64,000 nt of DNA. Origin: the human T2T-CHM13v2.0 reference genome, Homo sapiens. The stretch is taken from NCBI RefSeq assembly GCF_009914755.1, contig NC_060936.1. One strand, given 5' to 3'. Of the stretch, positions 41,980-57,800 are shown piece by piece. A program made the translations under genes and the position numbers. Below the pieces are notes generated by a model. It was not told where the DNA came from. It worked only from the letters and a program-made list of their open reading frames with translations, and searched no databases. Numbering within the stretch: position 1 is the stretch's first letter; every line of letters starts with the position of its first letter.

Positions 41980-42387
41980 TGTTATTCCATTCTTGTGTTG
42001 CTGTAAAGGAATACCTGTGACTGGGTAATTTATAAAGAAAATAAGTTTATTTTGGCTCACAGTTCTGCAGGCTATACAGGAAGTGCACTGTTGGCATCTG
42101 CTTCTAGGAGGGCCTCAGGGAGCTTACAATCATGGCGGAAGGCGAAGGGGAGGCAGCATGTCCCATAGCGAGAGCAGGAGCAAGAGAGAGAGGAGAATAC
42201 CATACTCTTTTAAAACAGCCAGATCTCATGTGAACTGAGCAAGAACTCATAAGCATGGGGATGGTGCTCAGCCATTCATGAGACATCTACCCCCATGGTC
42301 CATTACCTCCCACTAGATGCTGCATCCAACATTCGGGATTACATTTCAACAGGAGATTTGAAGGAGACAAACAGCCAAACCATATCA
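41980..42387 (-). mobile_element. MaLR solo LTR (MSTB-like)
   Basis: gactgggtaatttataaagaaaa, gagcttacaatcatggcggaaggcgaagggg, ending ccaaaccatatca. Confidence 0.88.
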
Positions 42388-42444
42388 TTCCCCATTACAG
42401 AAATAACATCTGTTTGTTATCTTAAATTTGAAAGTGGTTTCCTA

Positions 42445-43240
42445 ATGGGAAGCTATTAAAGTATTTAAAGCAGAAAAGTACTGGGTCAGAATTTTATTTT
42501 CAAAGATTGCTTTGGCTACTGAAAAGATAAGTGATTAAAAGGGGATGAAAGTTGCTGGCAGGTGGGCGGGCGGTCAGGAGGTTGGTGCAATAGTCCCAAT
42601 AACAGATGCAAGGGGCTTGGCAGGATGAGATGAAGAGAGGAAGACAGTCAAGAACTCTTCAGCACCATAGGAGAGTGAATGTTTGGCTGTGGGGGATGCG
42701 GAAGGGAGGCTAGTCAAGGATGACAACCAGGTTTCTGGCTTGACCAGCCAAATAAGTGGGGTTACCATTTATGCAGACAAGAAATATTGAAGAACAGCTT
42801 TGAGTGTGTTTGTGGTTGAGAGGGAAGCATAAGTCCTGTGTGTTAATACTGAGTCTGAGATGCCTGGGACATTTCCAAGTCAAGATGTTGCATAGGCAGT
42901 TGGATATGTGAATCTGTGGCTCAGAAGAGATGGCTGAAATAGAGCAATGCATTTGGAACCTTTAGTCTACCTGTGTTAACAGTTGCCAGCAGACAAAGAG
43001 GAGCAGGGCTTGGATGGAGCCCTGAATATTTTCAGAAGTCAAGGCGCAGTCAAGGAGGAGGCACCAATGGAGGAAATCAGAGAAATGGAAGACCCTCTAA
43101 GAGAATGAAACCAAGAGGAGAGAGTCTTCAAAAGAAGTCGTGGCCAGCCGTGTCAAAGCTCATTGAGATGTCAAGTAAGGCAAAAATGTAAAATGGGCAT
43201 TAGGTTTAGCAGCATGCAAGTCACTATGGACCTTAGAGCC
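42445..43240 (-). mobile_element. L2 fragment
   Basis: gtcaaggatgacaaccaggtttctggcttga and ggcagttggatatgtgaatctgtggctcagaagag. Confidence 0.78.
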
Positions 43241-44577
43241 GGCTGGTGACTGATGGGGGCTGAGTCCATGGTAGAGGAGTGCCAGCGTACTTTGACCTTA
43301 TCAGTAGTAGTAAGGACTATGTTATAATGCAATAGGTGCAGTGGAAAGGCTGATTAAAGTTGTTTTAACTTTTTTGATAACCTTTTATCTTTATTGTTTT
43401 ATTCTGATTACAAAGCAATATATTTTACAATGAGTCATTGTAAAAGTTCTAAACATTAAAAAGTATAACTGAGAATCATCTCCATAATTGCATTCTCTCA
43501 TATATAGCCACTGTTAATAGTTTGAGGTGTATCCTTCAAGACTTTTCTGTACATGTGCTATTGCTCGCTCTCTCATACACACTTACATTACAAAAATTGG
43601 CTTTATTGCTATGTCGTTGGCCAGAGTTTGTGTTTTTGTTCTGTATATTATAGACATGTTACTCCCTAAAGTAGAAGCATACTATTCTATTGTGCTGTAG
43701 TGTTGTCTGGATATTTTAGTTTTACTTAGAAATTTTGGTGTCTCTCATAATGTTACACTCAACATCTTAACGTACTTATGCATATTTATATTTTTCCAAA
43801 TGTGTACAGGAATTAAGTAGAATTTGTGAGGTCGAAGTATATGCACATTTAACATTTGATAGTGATACATTTCCTAAGGAGAGGCTTTTTACTTTTTTAA
43901 GATGGAATAAATCTGAGCATGAAAAATGTTGACAAAGGTGAAAATGAAGCGTAGGTTGAAGTCACAGTAAAAAGTGCTGAAGTCACAAGAAGTCCTGTGG
44001 GAATGGGAGTCATGGCATAGGAGGAGGCTTTGGGCTATGATCAGAAGGGATATGCCACCTCTCCCATGAGGAGGAGTGGGTAGATGGGACAGGATGGGGA
44101 AAGGCAAAGTCCTCAGTTACTGCTGTATTTCCAGAGCTTGCCCAGTGCTTACGTTTAGCAAGAGTGCCACAAACATTTATTGGTTGAAGGAATAAATATA
44201 ATTTGGTTGATTCAGTTATATAATTTAATGTTTCCATGTAATAGCATCTATTTTTTCTACTCTGACTACATAATGGGAGCTAAGATTTCCTGCTGAAACT
44301 GGTGAAGGAAGAGTTAGATTTAAAAGGCCCTTCTTACTTAGTGAACCCAGTAGGTAAAGTCAGACAGGACTCGTAGTCTAAGCATTTCTCATCTTCCTTT
44401 CCTATGAGCCTGCAGGGCCTGTTGATTCTAATACCTTAATGTCACCGGAATCCATGTATTTCTGTTTATCCCCACTACCACCATCACTGTTATTCCAGCC
44501 TGGGTTTTCCTATCACAACAACCTCTTAGATTGTCTCTCACTTCCTCTTATGCATCCATAAGGACATGGTTTAGGGG

Positions 44578-45205
44578 TGTCAAGGCCAAAGGAAAACTTC
44601 CCCTTTGCTTTCTGAAGGTTTGCTGAAAATCACTGACAAGAGGCAGATTAATAGGATAAAAGGCATACAAATTTATTTGATCATAGTTTTAGATGATATG
44701 GAAACCTTCAGAATGAAGACCCAAAGATACAGGGGAAATTGTCCATTTTTATGCTTAGATTCAAGAAAGTATAGACAGCCATGTAGAAACACAATTGGAA
44801 AAAAGGGTCTGATCTAATGCGAATAGACAGAATGGGGAAACCCAGCAAGGCCTGTGTGTCCAGACGCTTCTTGACCTCTCTAAGCAGCATTCCTTCCTTC
44901 TGGGTAAGACTCTCTGGAATGTGGATTTTAACCTACAGTCAAACAGTGTAGATCAGATAAGTACTTTATGGCCAGAATCTTATGGCCAGAATTTCTTTAT
45001 CTCCACCTTTCTGTATAATTTTGTAAAAAATCCCTCAAAAGGAATTCTGGCTTCTAAACTCATCTTCTAGTTTCTGTGGCCAGCCTCAGGGGAGAAGGGG
45101 ATTGAGAGATAGGCGGGCAGGAGAAGGTCAGAGAAAAACTTTTGCTTCTAAGGCTGCTGCTAAGGCCTTTATTTTAAAAGGGGTGTTGTTTGCTGATGCC
45201 CACCA
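44578..45205 (-). mobile_element. ERV1 solo LTR (MER39-like)
   Basis: TG...CA ends with a 4-bp GGGG duplication on each side (44574-44577 and 45206-45209). ggtcagagaaaaacttttgcttctaaggctgct is characteristic. Confidence 0.75.
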
Positions 45206-46109
45206 GGGGCTACCTCGTCCAACTCCCAGCCAGGCTGCTTTAGGAGTCTCTTCTTGGGCTCCCCCAGCCATTTGCAGGCATCTGTTCTCCCCAGATGGTC
45301 ACTGGTATGTTTTATTTACCTAAAGCCTTCACACGTAAAATACCTTAGTGACTGTTTTCGTGTATCTAAGACCTACTGTAATGCTTAGCTCATCCTGCAT
45401 GCCAAGTAAATGATAGTTATTATGTGTGAAAGTCTGATGCCTGTATAAATTTGGCGCATAAAAGGAAAGGACAAGGACAAAAGCAGGCCTCAGATGAAAC
45501 CACAAAGGACCAGTAATTTAAGACATTTAATCCTGGAACAAGCCTCAGGATTATTACTCCCTAGGGAGGGGCAATCTGAGTTATATGTCATTTCTGTTAT
45601 TTCTGTAATTAACATGTTAAGTGCATATTTAAGAAATTTTAAGTAGCTTGAATCTCTAAGATGATTTAGCTGTAGTCAGATAATCTGTTTATTTTGTAAG
45701 ATCTCAACTAAAGAACTAAATTGTGATATTTTCTGGAGTAAAAATACTTAAATTTCCTTAGCTATGCCTGGCCACCTGGAGAATATAATCACATGATTGA
45801 AGTCCAGGTTGGGATTCCAGAAGAAATGGCCTTCACAGACCTATTAAATAAAGAGCTTCCCAATTTGAAGGCAGTGTTCCTGCCTGCCATCCATCACCAT
45901 GCCCCACCCCATCTACTGAGGAGAGTAGTAGGAAGTAGTTACCAACTAGCACCTGAATATAATTTTAAGTTACAGAATCAACTATCAAAGTATAATGAAA
46001 GAAGAGACACGAGGAGTTGATTATTTGTGGAGAAAACAGCATAGATTCAAGCCCCTTATAAAAGTTACATATTCAGAGTTGAGAAATGCTGCAGTAAAAA
46101 GGCTACCGA

Positions 46110-46576
<467 letters not shown>

Positions 46577-46824
46577 TTATTCAGAGCACTTGGTGAAGTC
46601 CTTAGTTAAGATAGCCATTGCGGTTGCTACCCCTTCAGCAGTAAGAGAATGGCTGGGGCCTGATCTGGATATCCTGCTTCTGAAAAATTACCTGAGGCTA
46701 CTGGGCTGTGGAAGGTTGAACAAGAAAAAGGCTTCTACTGATAGAGTTGCACTTGACTCCTTCCCTGTTTTACCTCTGAGCAGCAGCAACAGCACGATGG
46801 GCAGTGGCTGGATATGAATTTATA

Positions 46825-46935
46825 ATTTTTTAAAGAGAGATCTCCTCGTGTTGCCTAGGCTGGACTTGCACTCCTGGGCTCAAGCAATCCTCCTGTCTCA
46901 GCCTCCTGAGTAGCTGAGACTATAGGTGACTGGGA
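46825..46935 (-). mobile_element. FLAM-like monomer
   Basis: Flanking repeat atatgaattta. Confidence 0.75.
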
Positions 46936-47369
46936 CTTGAATATGAATTTAAATAATCTTAACCGTAAAGGCATTCAGTTATATTTGGCCTAAAATAATA
47001 CCCTGAACTAATAAAACATCCATCCAGAAGGAATTTTTATTGTTTCAGTCCATTATTTAACCGATGACTTAAAAAATATCCATACATTCAAGATTTAAGT
47101 AGGGGGTATGATTTAGAAATACAACAGAGAATGCAAAAAATGGAATTTAGATAGAGCTAATGTGTTTTGAGTTCTCCCCACTTTCAGTATTAGACCAAAT
47201 TTACATATGGTTTTCCTTATCTTCAGTGTGACCTAACATTTAATAAACTATCATCAGCAACTTTATTTCTCAACAGCTATCTTCCTAAAGCTGTATACCC
47301 CTCTTTTAAAAATGAAAAGAACTTCAGGCAGGATTAAGCATAACATTTTTTCCCCTCTCATTTGCAATA

Positions 47370-48370
47370 CAAGTAGCTAATGTTTGTCAAGTGTTTACTA
47401 TGTGTAAGTAACCAGGCTAAACACTTCACATGCCACAACTCATTTTATCCTCAAGACAACCCTGAGGGGTAAATACTAGTCCCATTTTCCAGGTGCAGAC
47501 ACTGAGGGGGATAGGAAGGTTGAATGATCTAAGCTCCCGTGGTTAGGAAGTGGTAGGTCTGGGATTTGCATTCAGGTCTGTCTTACTCCAGCAGCCAGTC
47601 TTATATTAGTTATGCATTCATTTGGTCAGTCATTCAACAGATTAATGATGGATCGCCTAACATGGCCCAGGAACTATCCTAGGTGGTTGGGATTCAGCCA
47701 TGAACAAGGTGAGATCTCTACTCTTATGGAACTTACATACTTTATGCGTAATTACTAATTAAGTGCTAAAGGAAAGTACAGCAGGGCAAGCTAACAGAAT
47801 GATGGCTCTTCTCTAGGGCTGCTTAAATTAGAATTTCAGGGACAACCTCTCTGAGACAGGGATATTGAACAGAGAGCTGAATAATGTGAGAGAGAATGCT
47901 ACCTAAGGCCGAGTGCGCAGTGTAATATAGTGGTTAAAAGCATAACCTGTGAGCTCCGGGGTTCACATTTTGATTCCACTGCTCACTAGCTGTGTGATCT
48001 TATGCAAAATACCTAACTTCTCCATGCCTCTTCATCAGTGATATGAAGGTAACTGTTGTACTTTTCTTACCTTGCAGAACTGCTGTGAGAATGTAATGCG
48101 TTCATATATGAAAAGGACTTAGCTATAGAATAGGCACTGGAATCTATTGCACGCTCTTAAGTGTGAGCTGTATTATCCATAGAAGCCCTGTGGGAATGGT
48201 GAAAAGTAGCTGGCTCCTGGGTAGGTTTTGAAAATTTGGCGGACAGGATTTACTGAGAAATTGGATGTAGGAGAATAAGGAAAAGGAGTCAGGGATGACG
48301 TCAGTAATTTTGGTCTGGTTAATTTGGTGAATTTTGGGGCATTTACTGAAGTGGGAAAGGCAAGGTATAG
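47370..48370. mobile_element. MIR(-), L2(-), MIR(+), L2(-) cluster
   Basis: cccattttccaggtgcagacactgagg, cattcaacaga...ctcttatggaacttaca, and cagtgtaatatagtggttaaaagca. Confidence 0.7.
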
Positions 48371-48859
48371 CAAACCTCTTTTGAAGGGAAGACACAGTGG
48401 AGGGTAGATATGCTAAAACTGGGATGCTTCTTGATGTGTTGGTCTTCTGTTCATTGTGGAAAATTTGGAAAACGTCAAGTATTAAAATATTAAAGATCAC
48501 CTGACATCCCACTACTCCTTATCCTTTTGCTTACATTTTTTTAACCCCATATAAGTCTTAGATCATATAAAACATAACAATTTTTAAAATTATATACCCT
48601 TTAGTTTATTGGAAAATGGCTTATGGCAAGGGGGAGAGTTAAAGTAGAGGTAAGATGATAAAAGCCCCAGCACCACGAGAGTCCCCTCCACCCGTCAGAT
48701 GGTCGTTATGGACTGAAGCCTCAGAAGAGCTCTCCCTAAAGGACAGCAGAGCATGTAGTAGGTCTCATTCCTGCTCACCCATCTAGGTGTTAGAAAGCAC
48801 CTACTGCCTGGTACAGCCTAGCCTACAACAGCTAAAGGATTATTTTTTTAAAGCTACAC

Positions 48860-49380
48860 TTTTTTGTGTGTGGTGGTGCAATACACATAATCTAAAACTT
48901 ACCATTTTAACCATTAAGTGTATAGTTCAGCACTTAAAAGCATTAAGTACATTCACATTGTTGTGCAACCATCACCACCATCCATCTCCAGAATCATTTT
49001 CATCTTGAAAAAGGTTGTTACTGAAACTACCAATTAAACAATAACTCCCCATTCCCCCTTCTCCTGGCAACCTCCATTCTACTTTCTGTCTCTGTGAATA
49101 TGACTATTCTAAGTACTTCATATATGTGGAATCCTACATTCTTTGTCCTTTTGTGACTGGTTTATGTTGCTTAGCCTGATGTCCTCAAGATTAATCTATG
49201 TTGTAGTATATGTTTGAATTTTCTTCCTTTTTAAAGCTGAATAATACTCCATTATGTTTTATTACCCATTTCATCAGTCAGTGGACACTTGAATTGCTAT
49301 TGTAAATGTTGCTATGAACATGGATGTCCAAATATTTGTTAGAGCTCCTACTTCTAATTCTTTTGGGTATATATTATAAT
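48860..49380 (-). mobile_element. L1MB-like 3' end
   Basis: cattaagtacattcacattgttgtgcaaccatcaccaccatccatctccagaa and ctggcaacctccattctactttctgtctctgtga. Confidence 0.85.
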
Positions 49381-49386
49381 ACATAA

Positions 49387-49611
<225 letters not shown>

Positions 49612-49818
49612 TAATATATAACATTTTATAATCTACTTTTTCACATAGAGATATATTGCTGAAATTTTCTGTCATGAATATTCTATAAATTATTTTAAAT
49701 AATTGCATTATATACAGTCATATAGCTGTACCCTAATTGATTTAAGCAATCAAGTATTTCCTAGTAGAATTATAAGATCAAAGGGTATGAATTATTTTTA
49801 TTTTATTATTATTATTAC

Positions 49819-50109
49819 TTTTTTTTTTTTTTTTGGACATGGTCTGACTCTGTTTCCCAGGCTCAAGTGCAGGGGTGCAATCTCAGCTCACTGCAACCTC
49901 CACCTCCCAGATTCAAGCTATTCTCCTGCCTCACCTTCCTGAGTAGCTCGGATTACAGGTGCCTGCCACCACACCTGGCTAATTTTTGTATTTTTTCAGT
50001 AGAGATGGGGTTTCACCATTTTGGTCAGGCTGATCTTGACCTCAGGTGATCCACCCGCCTTGGCCTCCCAAAGTACTGGGATTACAGGTGTGAGCCACTG
50101 TGCCCAGCC
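49819..50109 (-). mobile_element. AluS-like
   Basis: Imperfect TSD ggt(a/g)tgaat(t/a)atttt. Confidence 0.9.
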
Positions 50110-50544
50110 GGGTGTGAATAATTTTAAAGCTTTTGCTATACTCACCAAATTGCTACCCAAAAAGCTTATACCACCCCACACTGCCAGTGTGTTTATTCCC
50201 AGCATCTTTGCTAATATTAGATATTAATGACTATTTTCTGTTCATTTGGATAATTAAAAGTAGTATATCAATTCTGATTTTCCTTTTATCCAAATTTAGG
50301 ATTTACTTTCTGAGTTAGAGTTTATTTGTAGCTGATTACTGGGGGAAATACTAATTTGGTAAATACTCAATTTGTGAGATGATTAGAGGAAATGAGACCC
50401 TATGGGGTCTTTCCCTTTTCCAGTCAATTAGTTTTTCATTTGAAGGTAATTGGCCAACCTTTTGCTCTGTGTGTATATGACAAGCAGCTGTACTGAGGTT
50501 TTGTGTAATCTGTTATTGGGTGCTGAATATATTCGTAGTTATTA

Positions 50545-50907
50545 CAGGCTCACAATTCCTTAGAATTCAAACATCCATAAAGTGCTGAAAAAAATTTTTT
50601 TGGTAATTCCTTTGGTTATAAAACCTGACAGAGCTGAACTCATTTGATGTAGATATCTGACCTCAACCAACACAAGACCATTTACATTTTTCATTATCCT
50701 CCCCCTCAAATGAATATTTATATTATCTGGCTGCAAAATATGAATGTGTTTGGGTAAGGCATGCTGTTCCAGACTTCACTGGGGGTGCATTAGTAATAGA
50801 GACAATATATACATGTAAAATTTTTTTTTTTTTAATTCTGAAAAATTCTGAATTCTGAAACACTAGGTTTTGGCATCACAGGTTTTGGATAAGGTCATGT
50901 GAACCTA
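50545..50907. mobile_element. Non-autonomous DNA transposon (MER96B/Tigger-like)
   Basis: Imperfect TIRs caggctcacaattcctta / taaggtcatgtgaaccta, each flanked by TA. Confidence 0.6.
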
Positions 50908-51429
50908 TAGCGGCTTTTTTTTTCCTTTCATTTTTATGTTCTCATTCCTTCTAGGCAGCAAAAACTGGTTTTGAAATCAGGCCTACTCTGATAGGTTAAG
51001 CATGAAGTTATGACTCAAATGTACTTGGAGCTGAAAGACAATAGGAATTTAAAAGTGGTGTCTTCTTTCATCCCCAGGCCATGTGCAATCACTATAATCT
51101 GGGAACTGACAGGTCAGCGACTAGAACCAAGTTTCAGCTAAGCCACAACCAGTTGCAAACCCAGGATAATGTTGAACTGCGAGCCTGAGGGTCTTAGGAG
51201 ACCTGAACCAGTTAGACTGTGAAGCAATAGTAGTAGTGTTCCAAGATGTTATTGGAACATATTTCTACAATTAATACTGTTTGCCATTTATAGAATATCA
51301 GCTGTCTAAACCAGGCTTTTAAAATACCAAATTGGCAAAATTAAATAATATTACTCTTCAGCTATCTATTTTTAATGGTAAATCTAAGTTTTTAAAAGTC
51401 TGTTTATTAAATGCTAAAAGTTGCAGAAA

Positions 51430-53150
<1,721 letters not shown>

Positions 53151-53567
53151 AAGATGGTAAGAGAACTAATGAATTCACAGTGAATCTGATAGGTTTGCAG
53201 TGTACATTGAGTTTTTCTATAAAAGCATTAGGTAATCCAGTTGTGTGTGAGAATCAGTAATGTGATAGTTGTTTCCAGCTCTTCCAAAGGACGCATGTTT
53301 AACTTCTAGATGTATTTTTAGAGCTGAACTGTTGGGGCAGAGGAGGCTTGTAGGAATAGGGGAAGAGTTCATAAGCAGAGCTGAAACAACACCAAACATG
53401 GAAATGTTACAAGGTGGAGAAATTGTGCTTACTGAAACTCTTCTCAGAAATATTGCTGTTTGTGGATGATAGAAATCTTCAGAGTTGTCACTTAAGGTAG
53501 AGGTAGGAGGGTAAGAAGCGTCAAGGACTCACCGAATTGTCCATTCCCCCTTTTGTTCTGCTGTGGA

Positions 53568-53583
53568 ATGTTTTGTGCTGCTG
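53568..53583 (+). CDS. ANO6: Coding part of ANO6 alternative first exon (MFCAA + first base of Val)
   Basis: ggaATG TTT TGT GCT GCT G|GTAAGA. The phase-1 donor joins exon 2 in frame (G+TG=Val). There is an in-frame TAA upstream at 53493-53495. Matches the recalled short-N-terminus ANO6 isoform starting MFCAAVLENLG. The TSS cannot be located from sequence. Confidence 0.88.
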
Positions 53584-54179
53584 GTAAGAACATGTTCCTA
53601 TTTGGTGAGTTGCTGGAACAGTGAGCAGTGGGCAGAGTGCCGGGGAGGCTCCTTTTTTATAAATATTGTCCAAATATTTGATGAGTATTTGGTCTTGAAG
53701 GGACACTGTATTATTAGTCTGCTTTGTGTGTGTGTCACAGTATGGTGCAGTGCAATATGGTTCTGGAAATAGAAGCACTCTCTTATTATCTAAGCAATTA
53801 CATTTTGAGGAATTGAAGAGCACTAGTAACTGTACTGGAGTGACACATTTATAATTAATTTCATCATTTGTTTATTTTCTCATTTATTGAGCATCTATAA
53901 TATGCAAGGTATTGTTTCAGGTTCTTGGAATATAGAGTTGAATAAGACAATGGCTTGCCCTCTAGGAGCTCATGGACTAGTGGAGAAGAAAAACAATGAC
54001 CACACAGTTTTCTTGTGATAAGAAGGATCAACACCTATCTTTTCCCCAGATTTTATCTTCTATAGTGGTGGGTAGTTGTCAAAAAGTAACCATGTGATAA
54101 TTTTGAATTCTGTTCAATGTGAGCTGCAAATTTTGCTTATAAAAATCACTCTTTTAAAAAAAAAACCTTTTTCCTATAA

Positions 54180-54532
<353 letters not shown>

Positions 54533-55574
54533 AAAATACTGTATTTTAATAGCCAATAATGCAATGATTTTTTGGCTCCACCTATAATAATGTGGCAGGT
54601 TTTACTAGACATCCAAATTAGTGCTATAGGAGCATGAAGTGGAGGCAAGTAACTTAACCTGGCACATAAGCAGTGACATTGAAAGAAAAATTTGAAGAAA
54701 GAGTAACACAGGGGATATGGGAATGTGCATTCCAGGTAGGTAGAAAACACTTAAGATGAGGTTGAAAATAAGAAGGATATAATTTAGTGACTTACCAAAA
54801 TATTGATAGTGAAGGAAAGAGAAAGGTCAAGAATGGCTCCCGCTTTTGGATTGGGGAATTGAACTGATGATAATACATTATTCAAGAAGGGTAGCACAGC
54901 AAAGGGGAACCTTTTGAGGAAAAGCATTTTTTACCAGAATGCGGAGAGAATATTTATTAATTTTCTAAATTGCCAAATGTATAGTACTGGACCCTGGCCA
55001 TGAGTAAAAAATGTTCTTACCCTGACAAAGTTTACATCTTCATGAATGACTTTCTTTTTCCTTCTTTGTTTTAGAAGCAGTGGCTGAAGTGGTAATAATT
55101 GTAGAAATATCTTTGTTGAGAAGGGGGCCAGGTGCAGGGAGGGAGGGAAAGCTCCTGTCTTAAGATAGATGGGAAAGACAGAGAACTGTAATGAAAACTA
55201 TCAATTTGAATTTGGAATTTGCATTCTAGAAATGATTAGAAGAGACTGCCACTTTTTTTGTTAATGTAAATAGTAAGTCATTGAGTTTACTTGCCAGTAA
55301 CAAACTGGGTAAGAGACTGATCCATCCAGATTCAGACATTTCCTGATTGACATTTCTTTTCATTAGAAACAAGTAACCAACATTGCCCAGAACGTTGTAG
55401 TTATTCGAAAATGATTGCTGAATTAATGTTATCCCTTTCTATGCTTAAATTTATTTTAATATTTAAAAAGGAAATGAAGGACAGGGATTGTCAAGATAGA
55501 AGTCAGAAGGAAAAATTGGTGCCTAATGAGGCAAAGGATGATAAAACGTATTAAAAATTGAAGTGAAAAATTAT

Positions 55575-55745
55575 GATAGCCAATATTTATATAGTACTTA
55601 AGAGTCTTCACGTCAGTTTCATATATATGTCAGCTTATTCTCCACAGTAACCTTCTGATGTAGGCATTATAATCTGCATTTTATTGATGAGGAAACAGAC
55701 TTAGCGTTAAGTGAGGTGCCTGAGCCTCAGGGCTAAACCATGTAG
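55575..55745 (-). mobile_element. MIR
   Basis: ctgcattttattgatgaggaaacagacttag. Confidence 0.7.
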
Positions 55746-56189
55746 CGCTCTTATGATTCAAGTCCATTGTCCTGTGTAGCAATACATAGCCATCATGCTC
55801 TTGAAAGCTACGCTTTTGGCTTTGTATTTTATGTTTTATTACTAACATTCTTTGCATTAATAATGACTGAGTGGCTCTATTTTAAAATCTCGTTGTAATA
55901 TCACAAGGCCTATACTCTGCAAGCCTACAACCTCTTGCTAATATAGGAAGTAGAATTTCTCTCACCTCATTGTTCACCAAAATATGGCAAATCCTGTTAA
56001 ACTGAGGCCAGAGAAAGAGATGTTGGAACCCCTTAGAACAATTATGACTACCAGAGAATGATGCAGGAGCAGCGGGGCGGGGATAGACTCAGCTGAAGTG
56101 ATGTGGGGAGTGAGACTGGGCAGGCCCAGCAATCTGGAAAGCATGAAGCGACGGGAAATGGTGGGCCCTGTATGTGGCTGCTTTTACTC

Positions 56190-56757
56190 TCTTTTTTATT
56201 TGTTTATTTTGTTTTGTTTTTGAGACAGAGTCTTACTCGGTTGCCCAGGCTGGAGTGCAGGGGTACAGGGGCCCAATTTCGGCTCACTGCAACCTCTGCT
56301 TCCTGGGTCAAGCAATTCTCCTGCCTCAGCCTCCAGAGTAGCTAGCGTTACAGGCATGTACCACTATGGCTGGCTAATTTTTTAATTTTTAGTAGAGACG
56401 GGGTTTCACCACTTTAGCCAGGGTGGTCTCGAACTCCTTACCTCAAGTGATCCGTCCACCTGGCCTCCCAAAGTGCTGTGATTACAGGCGCTTTTTAAAT
56501 TTTTTTATTTTTATTTTTATTTTTATTTTTGAAACAGAGTCTCTGTCACTCAGGAAGCTGGAGTGCAGTGGTGCGGTCTCAGCTCACTGCAACTTCAGCC
56601 TCCTGGTTCAAGTGATTCTTGTGCCTCAGCCTCCTGAGTAGCTGGGACTACAGGCATGCACCACTATGCCCAGCTAATTTTTGTATTTTTAGTAGAGACG
56701 GGGTTTCACTACATTGCCCAGGCTGGTCTTGAACTCCTGGTGTCAGGTGATCCAACC
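56190..56757 (-). mobile_element. Two tandem antisense Alus, both 5'-incomplete
   Basis: Units at about 56190-56490 and 56492-56757. Outer repeat tgtgg(c/t)tgctttta. Confidence 0.88.
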
Positions 56758-57349
56758 GTGTGGTTGCTTTTAAAATAATGACTGGTGAGTGCTGGCATTC
56801 AGGTCAAATATTAGATGTATGCTGAGATCCAGTTTTCAGAATGGAAAGAAGAGTTTCAGGTACAAGACAGCGTGGCAGATCTCTAGATATCGTGCCCAAT
56901 CTGGATATGTGAACATGTCCTCATTCTCAAGGTGATATGGGCCATTCCTTTGACATTTCTTTAGTTGTGTACGTTGACTAGATCATAGAATTCCTGAGGT
57001 TAGATTCTGTACCCTCCTTATCTTGATATCTGTGCTTACATCATCTAGCTCAATCCCTGGCACACGAATGTCTTTAACCACTTGCCAGAGTATTGTATCT
57101 GTTTACCCTGTGGAGCTTTCCCATTAGTTCTAATTGCGAATGCTATATAAATTTCACTACATTGTTTTTTTCTTTTTTTTCTTTTTTCCAAATTGTATTA
57201 GTCTGTTATATCTCTATCTGGCTATATTGAAGCAGTTATTTGCTGATTTTTAAAATTTATATACAATACTATTCTAATTTCTTCTAAACTTATATCTAAC
57301 ATCAGGAGTTCTTTGGATTATTCACAGCAGCTCAGGAGACAAATTAATG

Positions 57350-57800
57350 TATTTTAAAAGATGTGCAACTTTGGAATCAGGTTTAGATTCCCATTGTGTC
57401 ACTTTGCTTGGTTAACTTCATGCAGCCAATAACCTTAATTATTCTTCATCTGTGAAAACAAGGGACAAAAATAGGATTAAATAAGATAAGACATTTAGAA
57501 GTACCAGGCACAAAATAGTAGGTACATTTCTGATTACGTGACTTCATATCATTGAGTCTGTTACATGAACTTAATTTGTATTTATATAGTGCTTTATTTT
57601 TTTTTAACAACATGCTTGTGAATTGTCATTTATATCTTTGCCCAACTTTGTGAGATAACCAGGGAAAGTAACGTTATCACTAGCATTAGATAAATAAACT
57701 TGAGAATAAGCATTGCCAAGGATCATGCAGCTAAGAAATTACAGAATCAGAACTTGAACCCAGTCAGTCCCCTCAGTCTATACCCAGTGCCCTTTGTGCC
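57350..57800. mobile_element. Two MIR fragments in opposite orientation
   Basis: tttggaatcaggtttagattcc...catctgtgaaaa and gccaaggatcatgcagctaag...gaacttgaacccag. Confidence 0.65.

Noticed and set aside
45197-45215. CTCF-like motif at the LTR/TSD junction (tgcccaccaggggctacc)
   Set aside because: It mismatches the conserved GGC part of the core and cannot be supported without ChIP data.
53505-53516. Donor-like AGG|GTAAGA upstream of the MFCAA start
   Set aside because: It lies upstream of the coding ATG, and I found no open ATG reading to it in phase 1. At most it would give a non-coding leader, and nothing in the sequence supports its use.
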